DNA of 64,000 nt from the human T2T-CHM13v2.0 reference genome, Homo sapiens (GCF_009914755.1 NC_060937.1), one strand, 5' to 3'; positions 32,386-46,094 are shown, numbered from the stretch's first letter. Numbers and translations are program-made. Notes: a model not told the origin generated them from the letters alone.

Positions 32386-34116
32386 TGACTGAATGAAAAA
32401 TCTTCTGATCCGAGACCATAGTAATTATTTTGCTTAATCATCTATGTTTACAAGCCAAGATACTAAGGGATGTTTATTTTATTGGCTTGCACATATTAAG
32501 AAGGAAATTAAACATCCAAGTGAGTCGTTAAAACAGAATTATCATTTATGGTTTCCATGTAGCATAGGGGGATGCAGTACAGTAATCTTTCATTTTTTTC
32601 TCCTGAGAAAAAAATTAATTTTGAAAGGATAGTGATAATATTACTAAGAAACATTCAAACACAAGATGTGATGAGAAAAATTAATATATCTAATTTTATA
32701 TTAATATTAGTTAAAATTATGTTATTTGGGAAAATCATCTAATATAAATTCTGAGAAAATATGAAATTGACATAGTTGGACCATATTAAAAGGCTGGATA
32801 AGGAAATCAAAACATTTCTTGAAAATTTAAAAAGAAACATAGTTTATTTGCTTTGATTAGCTAAGGAAGACATCCATAAATGGCAGAATCCTTGAAATCC
32901 ATCACTAGAATATTATAAACAATAAAAATGTTTCATTTGTTTTGTAAGACACGTGAAGGCCCTACATTCTGCTAATTACTAGCTATTTTATGTGAAATAT
33001 CTAGGATGTTATTTTTCTGTAAAATGGAGATTATGTTGTCTCAAAGGCCTATTGAGGTTAAAACTAAATATGTGTTTTTATTGAATTGTTCTAAATCTAA
33101 GTAGCAAATATTAACAATGAATCTGAATATTATTTAATCACTAAAATAATAAAGTACACAAGACTTCAAGGTTGGTTAAATAAGACAAAAATGATATTTT
33201 CAAAATATCTTATGATCTTATTTACTGCAATGTAATAAATGCTATGTCTGGACATTAAGGCAGAGAAAATGAACTGAATGTATATCTAATATCTGAACTT
33301 CCATTTTGAACAAGTAAAAACATAAGCACCAGCATCGTTTTGTTTTCAAAAGCAAGTTGATATAGCAGACTCACATGGAGTTGACCCACAGACTCTATTT
33401 AGAAACATGAATTCAAATAAGATCTCAAAGACAGTTTTCAGGAATAAATCTATAGAGATCAATAATCAAACATACAATGCAATTCAAATCTTGATAATAA
33501 TAGATTAGGCAGTTATGCAGACAGCAGATAAAAAACACACATAAATTGTCAAAGGCTGTAGAAAAAGCAAGCTGATTAGAAAGAGAAGGCAAAACACAAG
33601 CTCATTTGAAACACAGAACCTGAAGAGATTCTCTGAGGTGCAGGAGAGTAGTCGCTGGTGGTGTTTGATAGGATGTTATCTTATAGGCCCAACATAAGAT
33701 CCCTGCCATTACTGTGCTTTTTGGGTTGAGAGAAGACTTTAATAACATCAGTGAAGCCAATTTTACTCGGAGTGTTCTTTTTAAAGAAGAAGAATATTAA
33801 ACTCTTGAGTGCAGAATGAGATATAGGCCCTTACATCTGCTTCAGGAAGTGAATAATTTCCTCAAATACACTTTTTTTTTTCATCAATTACTGTATCCAA
33901 GGGAATGGGATGGGAAAGCCTGACCACTTATGCAACATTGAAGGAGGCCATGTAAAACTCACCATCTCTCTATGTGACTGTCAAACTGTCTTAAAAATTA
34001 TTGTTTCTTCACTAGAGAACATTTTAGAAATATATTTTCTCTAGTGTCTTCTAAAATTTATATATATTCAACATGACTGGATTTTTATAGTTGGTGTATT
34101 TTGAAGCTTTGCAGTA

Positions 34117-34269
34117 TAGATGGTCCTCGACTTATAATGGGAATATGTACCAATAAACTCATCATAAGTTGAAAATATCATAATCCAAAAATACTTTTTA
34201 TGCCCCCAATAAACCAATTGTAAAGTCAAAAAATTGTAAATCAAATTATTGTAAGTTGAGTACTATCTG
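34117..34269. mobile_element. Tc1/mariner-Tigger MITE (MER47/Tigger5-like)
   Basis: Imperfect terminal inverted repeats TAGATGGTCCTCGACTTATAAT / ATTGTAAGTTGAGTACTATCTG with TA on both sides (34115-34116 and 34270-34271). Confidence 0.85.
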
Positions 34270-36682
34270 TACTTTACGACAAGCTCAGTTAACTGGAAGT
34301 GACTGTGCAACAAGACAAAATAGCTATTCTTAGAACGAAAAGTAACAAATAAAGTCTTTTATGCCCACGTTTTTAAGATTCTATCAAATCACAAGATAAA
34401 ATGAAAAAATCAAAATCAAAATTATTGCTATCCTCTCAAGACTAGGTACTACATCATATTCTAGGAATTATGGAATTAAGTATTCTAAATTGCTCATCAT
34501 GCATATTCACTAAGCAGCAGCAAATAATTTTTTACTGGGCTCCTAGTCTATAACACATTTTTCTCAGTGGCTGCAGGAAAAAAAAATGAAAAAGTTCATG
34601 TTTTTATGGAATTAATAAGTAGAAACAGACAATAAATAAATGAATTGGCTATCGCCTAGTGTCAATGGTTATCATTACATTGGAGAAAAGTAAAACAGAA
34701 GAAGAGGATACAGAGATATGCATAGGGAGAGTCTATAATTTACTTTGTAGACAATGTGGGTAGAAAAGGATTTACTGACGTAAAATTTACACAAGACTTT
34801 AGAGGAAATGGGACGCTGATATTGAGAGGAAGGGGTTTTGGCCACAGACTACTGCAAAAAAAAAAGGCTCAATTTTTAACGTATCAATGACATAACTGGC
34901 AAATCTTTTTAACTGACTTCTTTGCATATAGTAAGAGCTGAGCCTGCCATCACTTATCAGGAATTAAATTTGCTTGTTTACCTATCTGCATTTTTCTCTC
35001 CAAACTCTAAACTTCTCGAGGCCAAAATAATTGGTGGATGCTGTTTATGTATCAGAAGTTCCTTTAAATAAAGGTCCTTGCCTATTCAACTATTGCATAA
35101 GTTCAGATTTTACTCAATCACTTTACCCAGAATTATTAAATTTGTGTTAGACATTAATCCCTTCCTGCCTCCTTTCTATCCTATGTTGCTAAATATCATG
35201 AATACTTGCACTTGAAACACACAATTCCTAATAAATTAGAACAATTAGTAGGGATCTTTGAATTGTCTAAATATTGGCATATTTAGACAGTAATTCTATG
35301 ATTATCCTTCTTAACATTATTTTTAAAATTCTGTCACAAGTTAAATAGTTTTATCAAATATGTTTCCCTGTGTCTCATATGTGTTCTTATTGATATATTT
35401 CTATAAACTTGAATGATTTAACTATTCTGTATACCAACTAACTAGTAGTAAACAATTATCTATTCTTACTAAATACCAGGCTTTAAAATTCCCCTATTAT
35501 ATGTTTGATCATTTCCAAGTATAAGGTCAGGCCTAGAAGTCTGCTTAGGTTGAATACACAGCATTTAGGAAAAATTGAAACTAAAATATTAAAACAATAA
35601 AAATGACACAAATTATGATCAATAAACATCTTTTGAAAAGGAAGAATAAATTGACGCATAACAGGTATTTTCTATTTCTGAAATAAAGATTCAGAGATAT
35701 AAAATCTACCTCTCCCATGCCAATCCATTTATTTTGGAATTTTTGGAAGGGATCTTGATAATACAGGTTCTGTAAAGACATTTCCTGAGTTTTTCACTGC
35801 TTCTTTAAGTGATATTATGGAGCTGACCTGAATAAGAATATTTATTATAATTGGAATCATTAGGAAGAAAATCTCATTGGGATAGATACATATTAGATAG
35901 AAGTTAGGGAAAATTTCCAAAAGCAGTGATGAGAGAAAAGGGATGCTAATTAACAGGAAAGATGAATAAAATTATTTTTTGATAAAAAAGTCATCTTCAG
36001 AAAGTCTCTAGTATCTACTTTTGGCCACATTATAAGGTATTTAAAGGATTAATAGAATTAGTAAACTAGATAGAATCTGCATTATTGCTGCAAATGCTTA
36101 ACATAATGTTTGCAACTATCTTTGCAGGAACAAAGTAGCTATTTAAGATAAGCTAATCATTTTAGTATAAATAGAAAATATATTAGTAATTGCTATCTTT
36201 GATTGAGGACTACTTCTGTGACAAATAAACTAAATCATTTGCCTATCATATATTTAATCTTCATAACCTACCATGAAGTATTCATTATTTCCATTTTACA
36301 CATGTGGTTAGTATACTTGAATGTATAAAGGCTACTTTTCTTTCAATACATTATTTAATGTCAATTTAAAGTTAGCAAAAAATACATTATTCAAAGTCAA
36401 TAGTGGTATAATATTAACTCAATATATATTGTGATAATTTAAGGAGGCATACTGTAATCCATAGGGGTGGCAACCATTGAAAATAACACAAAGCAGTATA
36501 GGTGTAAAAAATGCTGTGAGAAAATAAAATGCTACAATAAGTAATTCTTTAAATAACAGGAAATAGATGGGATCAAATATATAGTAAAATGGAAGGAGAT
36601 ATATATATAGAGAGAAATATATATATTTATTTCTCTCTATGCATGTATATATATGTGAAGTGGTATAATATGAATTCAATGT

Positions 36683-36686
<4 letters not shown>

Positions 36687-36719
<33 letters not shown>
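36687..36719. repeat. (AG)n microsatellite, about 16 units
   Basis: Read directly from the sequence. Confidence 0.95.
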
Positions 36720-36722
<3 letters not shown>

Positions 36723-37068
36723 CTACAGAGCTCTAAGCATAATTGTGTAACTCCAAGCTCACAGTGCCTAAGACCAGTACCAGGCTGACTCATTGGAAAG
36801 CTGCCATAGTAAGACTCTTCTGTTCACTGCATTATTTATTGATGTATTGCAAGCACTTAGTTACATTTCTAGCATATAACACATGATCAATAAATATTTT
36901 GACATGAACAAATGGTAATTCTGCCTACAGCCAATGTGAATATTGGGATGGGTTGCTGGACATGGTATCACAGAAGTCTGGGATGTGGAGGAGAGTTCAT
37001 TTCTTTAGTGGGCATCCGTGACTCTCTGGACTCTGACCCATCTAACGCCTATCTGTATTTACAAATAC

Positions 37069-37070
<2 letters not shown>

Positions 37071-37102
<32 letters not shown>
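37071..37102 (+). repeat. D13S317: Forensic CODIS STR D13S317, allele 8: [TATC]8 followed by [AATC]2 [ATCT]3 TTCT GTCT GTCT
   Basis: Primer sites recalled for this locus are present: ACAGAAGTCTGGGATGTGGA (36970-36989) and TTCTGTCTGTCTTTTTGGGC (37123-37142, reverse complement of GCCCAAAAAGACAGACAGAA); 32 bp of TATC counted. Confidence 0.96.
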
Positions 37103-38844
37103 AATCAATCATCTATCTATCTTTCTGTCTGTCTTTTTGGGCTGCCTATGGCTCAACCCAAGTTGAAGGAGGAGATTTGACCAACAATTCAAGCTCTCTG
37201 AATATGTTTTGAAAATAATGTATATTAATGAATGTACAAATTTCCCCACTTGTACTTTCAGACTGTTATCTGTGAGTTAAAACTCCTCCACTCTTTTTCC
37301 TACCCAAATAATAGCATACTTTTTTCTGAGTATATTTTGGGAAGAAGAGTTATTCAGTTATTGTTATATTTTAAAAAATTCCTTATACCAAACTCTACTT
37401 GATCTAAGGCTATTCATTGAAACTTTCAGCATGCTTAATAGCAGTCTTTTATTCTCTCTTGCATTTGTATGGAGTTACTATATTCAAAATACATTTTTGT
37501 TGTGGGTTTGATAACTAGGACACAGGAAGAGAACCTCGGAAAATGAAAAACAGTTCATCTTGATCCAATACCAAATATACATGTTTAAAAAGATTAAAAA
37601 ACATGTAAGTTTAAAGGAGAGATATATAGCATGTATTTCTTACTGTAACTTCATATGCAGTTTTGATGCCTGTTTACTTTCTTAAAATATTATGGTATTA
37701 TTAAATTGATTAACATAAAATTTTAAAACGACCTCCTCTATGACTTACTCATAATTAATCCTGTAACTTAATTCCAAACCTAAAGTCAAGATTAACACAG
37801 TCTATTCAAAAATTAAGCTTTATTAGTTGTTATGAAAAAAAGTGGCAGCTTGGTCTTAGCTGAGCCTTACCTGCTCAATCTACTCTAACACTGTACTTCA
37901 TATATGGAAAGTAAATACAGTAATTAATTTATTGAATACAAGCCTCATGCCTTCCTACTTTACACCATGCCTGCATTCCTTGCTAGTACTTCTAACAATA
38001 CATGTACTTCCTATTGTTTTAGTGTCAGAATACCCATTACCAGTGTTTGAAACTCTATTGTCTCCTTTTCAAATTCTCTTGCTTAAAATCTTACTCTGTT
38101 GCAGTATCTATGACAGTGTTTTACCAACCAGAGACCTAATGCTAACTCTTCCCTGTGTTGACTGTGTCATATTTTGTAATGCCATATTCTCTAATAACTG
38201 ATACATCCCTATGTATTTTGTTTGATAGAGAAATTAAGGAAAACCTATTCTGGCACATGTGCCTGTTGATTCAGCCTCATGACATTGTATTCTAAATACT
38301 GGATGGTATTCCTGCATGAAAAAAAATCAAACACTAACTATTCTAATGCTTTCCAAAAATTGAGTATTAGAAAACAACATGCTAACAGTACATTATATTT
38401 TTGCATATGAAAATAACTATGGAGTTTTATAATATTATGTATATAGAGTGGCATATTGTATTTCTTGAAGCAAGAATAGCTAATGAGATTTTCATAAGCT
38501 TTTCTTAATTAAGCACATTAAAACAATTATATGAACAAATTTTATTCAAAAAGCCTTCTTATATAAACTGTGGATTTTTCTCTCTGTAAATCTAGTGCTG
38601 CTCTTAACTTTTAGCCAAAGATAATGCCTTCTTTAGTGATGATTAATTTGATCTGGATTATCCAGACTATTTTTTATCCTTTCTTTTAATACAACTTATA
38701 CAAAATGCTTATCTAGAGATGGAGAGTGTCTCTTGCTAATTGAATAACTTTTCCTCATTAACAAGGTGATTTTCCTACTGTGAACACATTTTATTGTAAT
38801 ATTACCTGACTATAAAATGTATTTTTATTTAGCCAATGAATCAA

Positions 38845-39062
38845 AGTATCTTGTTACTGTGTTAAGAACACTTAACATGAGATCTACCTTCTCAGAAAAT
38901 ATTAAGGGCACAGCACAGCACTATCAACTGTGGGTACAATGTTGCACTGAGAGCTCTAGAATTTATTCATCTTGCATAACTCAAACTTCATACCTATTGA
39001 ACAGCAACTCTCCATTTCCCTCTTTCCCCAGTCCTCAGAAACCAACATTCTCCTCTCTCTTT
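38845..39062 (-). mobile_element. L1MA9-like 3' end, left part (interrupted by a younger L1)
   Basis: AAGAACACTTAACATGAGATCTACC...CTCTAGAATTTATTCATCTTGCATAAC...AACAGCAACTCTCCATTTCCC. Confidence 0.8.
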
Positions 39063-41322
39063 CTAAAATTTATTTTTTCTTTTTCAACTTTTATTTCACA
39101 ATCAGTGGGTATATGTTCAAGGCAAGTTTGTTATGGAGGTATATTGCATGAAGATGAGGTTTGGGGTGTGACTGAACCCATCACCCAGGGAGTGAGCATA
39201 GAAACCAACAGGTAGTATTTTTTAGCCCTTGTTATCCTCCTTATATGCCTCTATACTAGTCCCCAGTGTCTATTATTCTCACCTTTATTTTCATGTGTAC
39301 CAATGTTTAGCTCTCACTTATAAGTGAGAACATGTGGTATTTGGTTTTCTGTTTCTACATTAGTTCACTTAGGATAATGGCCTCCAGCTGTATTCATGTT
39401 GCTGCAAAGGACATTATTCCATGGTGTATATTACCACATTTTCTTTATCCATTTCACTGTTGATGGACCCCTGGGTTGATTCAATGTATTTGCTATTGTG
39501 AATAGTGCTGACATGAACATACAGGCACATGTGTCCTTTTGGTAGAATGATTTATTTTCCTTTGGTTATATACCCAGTAGTGAGATTTCTGGGTCAAATA
39601 GTTCAACTGTTAGTTCTTTGAGAAATATCCAAACTGCAAAAATCATATGATTACCTCAAACAGATACAGAAAAAGCTTTTGATAAAATTTAACATCCTTC
39701 ATGATAAAAGCCCTCAACAGACTAGGAACTGAAGGAACATACCTCAAAATAATAAGAGCTATCTTTGACAAACCCACAGCCAACATCACACTAAATAAGC
39801 TAAAGTTGGAACCATTCCCCTTGAGAACTGGAACAAGACAAGGATGTCTACTCTCACGACTCCTATTCAACATAGTACTGGAAATACAAGCCAGAGCAAT
39901 CAGGCAAGAGAAATAAATAAAGGGCACCCGAATAGGAAAAGAAGAAGTCAAACTACCTCTATTCACTAATGATATGGTTCTATACCTGCAGAACCCTAAA
40001 GGCTCTGCCAAAAGGCTCCTAGAACTGATAAACAACTTCAGTAAAGTTTTAGGATACAAAATGAATGTGCAAAAATCAGTAGTATTTCTATACACTAGTA
40101 ATATTCTAGCTGAGATTCAAACAAACAAACAAAAAAACCCACAATTCCATTTACACTAACCAGAAAAAAATCAAATACCTAGGAATACATCTAACCAAGG
40201 AGATGAAATATATTTACAAGAAGAATTGTAAAACACTGGTAAAAGAAAAATCAGAGATGATACAAATAAATGCCAAAACATTGCATGTTCATGGATAGGA
40301 AGAATCAATTGCATTAAAATGGCCATACTGCACACAGCAATTTACAAATTCAATGCGATTAATGTCAAACTACCACTGTCATTTTTCACAGAATTAGAAA
40401 AAAACTATTCTAATATTAAAAATAATATTCAAAAAAGAGCCCAAGTAGCCAAAGCAGTTCTAAGCAAAAAGAACAAAGCCAGAGGCATTAACATTACATG
40501 ACTTCAAACTATACTACAAGGGGCTGCAGTGACAAAAACAGCATGGTACTGGTACAAAAATATATACATAGACAAATGGAACAGAATGGAGAACTCAGAA
40601 ATATAGCCACACACCTACAACCATCAGATCTTCGACAAAGTCAACAAAAAGAAGCAATGAGGAAAGGACTCCATATTCAATAAATGGTGCTGGGATAACT
40701 GATTATTCATATGCAGAAGAATGAAACTGGACCCCTATCTATAACCATATAAAAATTAACTAAGATGACTTAAAGACTTTAATGTAAGACCTAAAACTAT
40801 AAAAATCTTAGAAGAAACCCTAGGAAATACCCTTCTCACCATCAGCCTTGCCAAATAATTTATGGCTAAGTCCACATAAGCAATGGCAACAAAAACAAAA
40901 ATTGATAAGTAGTACCTAATTCAACTAAGGAGCTTCTGAACAGCAAGAAAAACTATCAACAGAGTAAATAGACAACCTTCAGCAGGAGATAAAATATTCT
41001 CAAACTATGCATCCAACAAAAGTCTAACATCAAGAATGTATGGGAAACTTAAATCCATGAACAAAAACAAATGACCTCATTAAAAAATGAGCAAAGGACA
41101 TGAACAGACACATTCCAAAAGATGACATACAAGTGACCAACCAACTATATGAAAAAATGTTAATCTGCATGAATCAAAAGAGAAATGTAAATCCAAATCA
41201 CAATGAAATGCCATATCACATCAGTCAGAATGGCTTTTGTTAAAGTTTCAAAAAAAAATAACAGATGTTGGTGAGGCTGTGGAGAAAAGGGGACACATAC
41301 AATGTTGGCGGCAATATATATT
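39063..41322 (-). mobile_element. LINE-1 (about L1PA15/16) with inverted 5' segment: 3' end on minus strand about 39063-39637, inverted ORF2 on plus strand about 39638-41322
   Basis: T-rich tail plus antisense 3'UTR, then a strand switch at AAACTGC|AAAAATCATATGATT; plus-strand RT peptide at 39701-39916 (GTRQGCLLS). Confidence 0.88.
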
Positions 41323-42080
41323 ACTCCACTCCCTATATGATTTTTGACTATTTTAGAGTCCTCCTATAAGTGGAATCATGCAGTATTTGCAATTCTTTTA
41401 TTGGCTTCATTCAGTTATCACAGTGTTCTCTAGGTTCATAGATGTTGCATATGACAGAATTGCCTTGTTAAGTCTGAATAATATTTCGTTGTACATATAT
41501 TCATATTTTCCTTATTATTCATCCATTGATGGACACTTAGGTTATTTCTACATATTGGCTATTGTGAATAATGCTGAAATAAACATAGAAGTGCATAGAA
41601 ATGCAAACATATCTTAAATGCTTGATTTCGATTTGTTTTGAATATATACCCAGTAGCTGGATTGCTAGTTCTATTTTGTATTTTTAAGGAACTTTCTAAC
41701 TATGCTTTATAGTGGCTACACCAAACTATATTTCCACCCACACTATATTTCCAACACTGCACAATGGTTACAATTTCTTCACATCCTGCCGACACTTATC
41801 TTTTTAAAAATAATAGCCATTGTATGTGATATGAGATGATATATCATTGTGGTTTTGATTTGCAATTCCCTGTTATGATGTTGAACATATTTTCATATAC
41901 CTGTGGGTCATTTGTATGTTTTCTATGGAGATATGTTCATTCAAGTTCTTTAATATTTTTGATTGGGGTATCATTATTATTTCAGCTATTAAGTTGTAGG
42001 AGTGCCTCAAGTATTTTGGATATTAACTCCTTATCACATGTATGGTTTGCCTGTATTTTCTCCCATTTCATAGGTTACCT
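41323..42080 (-). mobile_element. L1MA9-like element, right part
   Basis: Resumes with TTTGACTATTTTAGA...ATAAGTGGAATCATGCAGTATTTG, the sequence expected after the 39062 break. Confidence 0.8.
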
Positions 42081-44459
42081 GTTAAGATGTCTATCCTTTG
42101 ATACACAATGAGAAGACAAAGATTCTTTCTTAGGCAGTTTGCATGCATACAGGGCACAGAAAAAGACAAAAGCTGGTAGTTTAAGAAGACCTTGAAAAGC
42201 ACAAATAGTTAAAGCACACTGAAGTAAAAAGCTGAGTTCGAGATCTAATTGGGTTTGACAAATTTCAAGTGCTAAGTGAATAGCAAAATAAATTGAACAT
42301 CTGTCCTATATTGGAACCTGTGAGACTTCCCCATCCTAAAATTGAATTCCCATGTGTAAGAGGCCTGCATTTAGATCTGTTCTGGAATTCCTGTGAAACC
42401 AAATACATGGATAAGTTTGATTTCTTCTTTGTTTTCAGGCATTCTTTTTATAAAGTAGCTGTTTTCACTAAATGAAAGCACAAATAAGTAAAATATTTAT
42501 ATTCCTATCTAGCCCAAATAAAATAGATAATGTGAGAAACAAAAACAAGGTCCAAAAATTAATGTTTTAGTAATTTCTAGATTATTGGATGTTTTTCGAA
42601 GCTTTTTATTTTTATTATTATTATTATTTTTTACAACAACGATATCTGACTCATCTTTGTAGTATTCCAAAGTAGTATTCCATTGTGGTTTAGAAAACCA
42701 AGACACCAAGATATTAGAAAGCTTACTTAAGGACTGAAATAAGATATTGTCAAAAAAAAGAAAAAAAAAGTCCACGCACCCTGGCTCTTGAACTCATGCT
42801 TTCAGTTACTGTATTTTACAGCTCTTGTGGCACATAAAAATATGGTGGTATTCATCACTAAAAATAATACCTCACTGAATTGATTAGACACAAATGTTCA
42901 TATTCGTGCATATACATACATATATAGCAAAAAATAATGTTCAAAACAGTATAGGTTTCACACTAACCTTTATTTTAAAATGAAATTTAGGTGTGTATTG
43001 GAGTGTGGGGGTGTCTGTGCACTTTATCTAGAAGGATACACCATCCATTAGTAGTTTGTAACTCTGAAAATGAAGCTGACATGACCTGATTCAGAGGAGA
43101 AAAAGCCAAAATAATTATTATATACATGATTATAGAATATTTATTTTACAAAGGGATCATATTAACCTTTTCTAAAAATGTATACACCCTAAACATCAAA
43201 TACAAAATTCAACTGAAAGTACACAATCTCAATTAAGCAGGTTATATAATGGTGACAATTATGATTGATGAATAGTTGGGCAAAATGTAGAAGTATAATT
43301 GCCTATTTGTATTTAGATTTTATTTAAATGTTACTTTATTTAAGCTACATTTAATGTTCAAAGCTTTACATTTTGTTAAGTCATTACCAATAAAGGAATA
43401 TATGCTGAATAATAAAACCTGTACTCATCATCGTTGTGCATATAGGAAACGGCAAGAGAAGGCTAGTCTTCCTTAAATAGAATTAAATCAATGTACTGGC
43501 TGCCTTTGATACTAGAAATGGAGAAAATATAAATAGCTTCATATTATAAATTGAATATCAAGAAGAGATAGAAATCAGGTCTTAATGTTTCGTCTGTAGC
43601 GCATCTGAAATCTAAGCCCAACAAGAGATCTTGGTGTATCTTTTACTGTGATGCTGTTTATCAGGAAGAAACATTCAGGTCTGTGACTAATTTCTCCAAG
43701 AGCCACCTTCTCAGGAGCTTACTAATGCAACTAAGACAACTAAGGATCAATGAAAATATGGTTCATCCACTGTCTATGCCTCTCTTATGCCTAACTCCAA
43801 GTTACCTTTTCTATATTCTCTGCCTGGGCATGCTGGGGAGATGGAAAAGATAAAGAGCTGCTTGTTAATAAGCATAAGAGTTCTTCAAGCTTTCAGTGGC
43901 ATTGATTTCATGTTCCCTAATCCAATATAAATACCTAATTGAGCTGCTAACAGTCACAGGATGTTTTATCTTGATTCTCCATGGTAGTGGTCAGAAATCC
44001 CTGTCTCCGATTCCTCTCAAAGGAGTTAGGAGGATGTGTAAAATATATCTGACCAGGATTGGATTCAAGATATCATCGATTAAGTTATGTCTTAAAGAGA
44101 ATGTCAAAATTTATGAGCAAAAGATAATCATTAAATTAGCCTTGCTTTTCTATAAATCAGGGACCTCAAACTTAAATGCAGGTAACATAACAAGGCACAC
44201 AGCATAAATGAATTCAGCAGAAAATTCTCCATCTAAAGGAAGCTGGTACTGTTTAATTCCAGTCAATTATAGCCTGAAATAAATGCTGCATAGGTCCAAA
44301 GTAGCAAGATTGCCTTTTGTTTCTTTGCTTGTTTAGTTTTGTTTTTGTTCTTTGTGGAGGGAAGTGTTTTGTTTTGTTTTTCAAGAGGCAGCTGAAGAAG
44401 CCTCACTAAAATCACAAAGGAGATAGCAGTTATTGCTAATTCTCACTCTTCTTACTAGA

Positions 44460-44626
44460 ATAATATTTATCAAACATTAGTGAACACATAGATTACCTAA
44501 GAATTTTGTTAAAATGTAGACTTTTATTTAGTAGATCTGGGGTGGGGCTTAGGATTCTGCATTTCTTGCTAATTCCAATGGGATGTCAATGTTGCTGGTT
44601 CATGGATTACACTGATAGTAGCAAGG
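44460..44626. mobile_element. MER5-like hAT-Charlie MITE
   Basis: TTGTTAAAATGTAGAC...AGTAGATCTGGGGTGGGGCTTAGGATTCTGCATTTCT...GTTGCTGGTTCATGGATTACAC. Confidence 0.75.
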
Positions 44627-44887
44627 TACTCACTTATTACTTAACTACATGTTAATCTTCCAGTTGTAAAATGTAAGCTGCTGAATTACCAAAGGAATGC
44701 CTATTTGAAGATGAAAAGTAGAAAAGATAATATTTCCTAGTCAGTTGGCCAAGTATGCTATAATCTTATAAAATGCCTATTTACAAGTCATGTACTCACA
44801 GGTAACACAGCAGCATATTTCTCTTTTGATGTTAGTGTCAGTTTATAATCAAAATTTAACTTTTCATTTAGTTCCTAAGTTTAGTCA

Positions 44888-45035
44888 ACTTTAGTTTTTC
44901 AAACACACTTACATTGCTCAACACATAAATAAATGGTATAAAAATATATAGTGATTCTGGGAGGAAGGAGGGCTTGATGTAAGTACACCACGTAACCCTG
45001 AGGAATCCGTCAAACTGGAGTGTTTCAGAGTCACT
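44888..45035 (+). repeat. Dispersed direct duplication, copy 1 (148 bp)
   Basis: About 94% identical to 45603-45749 (8 substitutions and 1 indel by hand alignment). Confidence 0.95.
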
Positions 45036-45602
45036 GATCACACAAGCAATTGTCTATGGGTGAGGGGATGTTGTTTCCAGTTATCCAATATCTTATTTCC
45101 CAAGAGAGTTATTTGTAGGATAGTTGAGCATCAAAGGCAGTAATCAAACTAGGATCATTAAAATTCCTTGTCACAAATAAAAAAGGCCTGTGAGCACAAC
45201 ACATACTTTTTATACTTAACTTGCAAGCTTGGGAGGATCTGTTACAATGTAATTTTAGGGTCTCAGTTGTCCCATTTATGATGTCCACTGTTCAATTTTG
45301 TAAATCAATGAGTTTTCCTAAATGGTGGTCACAATACTGTAGATTAGCACATGCCTACAAAATGATCACTTCTATATTTCTCATTTCTAAAATAAATGAA
45401 ACCACTGGTTTCTCTTTTTATAATTTGTAAATTCCCTTTGTTGATTATATATGATTGCCCATATGGTCAGGCAAAGTTTGGAAAGAAATAATTTTTGCCT
45501 GACTGACTACTATTTAATTACAGTTTGACACCATAGTCCCTTCTTAGGAATGACCGTTATCGTTAAGTCCACGACTTTACTATATGTATATAATAAATGT
45601 AT

Positions 45603-45749
45603 ACTTTAGTTTCTCAAACACACTTACATTGCTCAACACATAAACAAATGGTATAAAATATGTTGTAATTTTGGGAGGAAGGAGGGCTTGATGTAAGTAC
45701 ACCACATAACCCTGAGGAATCCATCAAACTGGAGTGTTTCAGAGTCACT
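45603..45749 (+). repeat. Dispersed direct duplication, copy 2 (147 bp)
   Basis: ACTTTAGTTT...GGAGTGTTTCAGAGTCACT, shared with 44888-45035. Confidence 0.95.
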
Positions 45750-46094
45750 CTCCTAAGGACGTTTGCTTGCAAATACAAATTCTCTGAAGACAAAAAAGCT
45801 TTTAAGGCTCACAGTATTCAATCTTAATGCCTGTCATCATTTCAGGCATTATACCTGAAATGAGGTGAGGATATTGGGAAGTATTAATGAAATTGGGATA
45901 CATACTTAAGACCAAAAAGTATTTGGCTTGAGAAAACTGCAACAAGAATTCTCCATCCATGTGTGTCAGTGTCAACTAATTTCACTTATGTTTTATTTCA
46001 TGATACTAGTTAGATTAAAAATAAAATATAAAAGAAAATTAACATACTGATAACAGGTTTACATCCATCATGTGAATTTATAGAACACTAGAAT

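Noticed and set aside
44888-45749. Miniature LTR retrotransposon (TRIM-like)
   Set aside because: No TG/CA termini, primer-binding site, polypurine tract or TSD seen; kept only as an unexplained duplication
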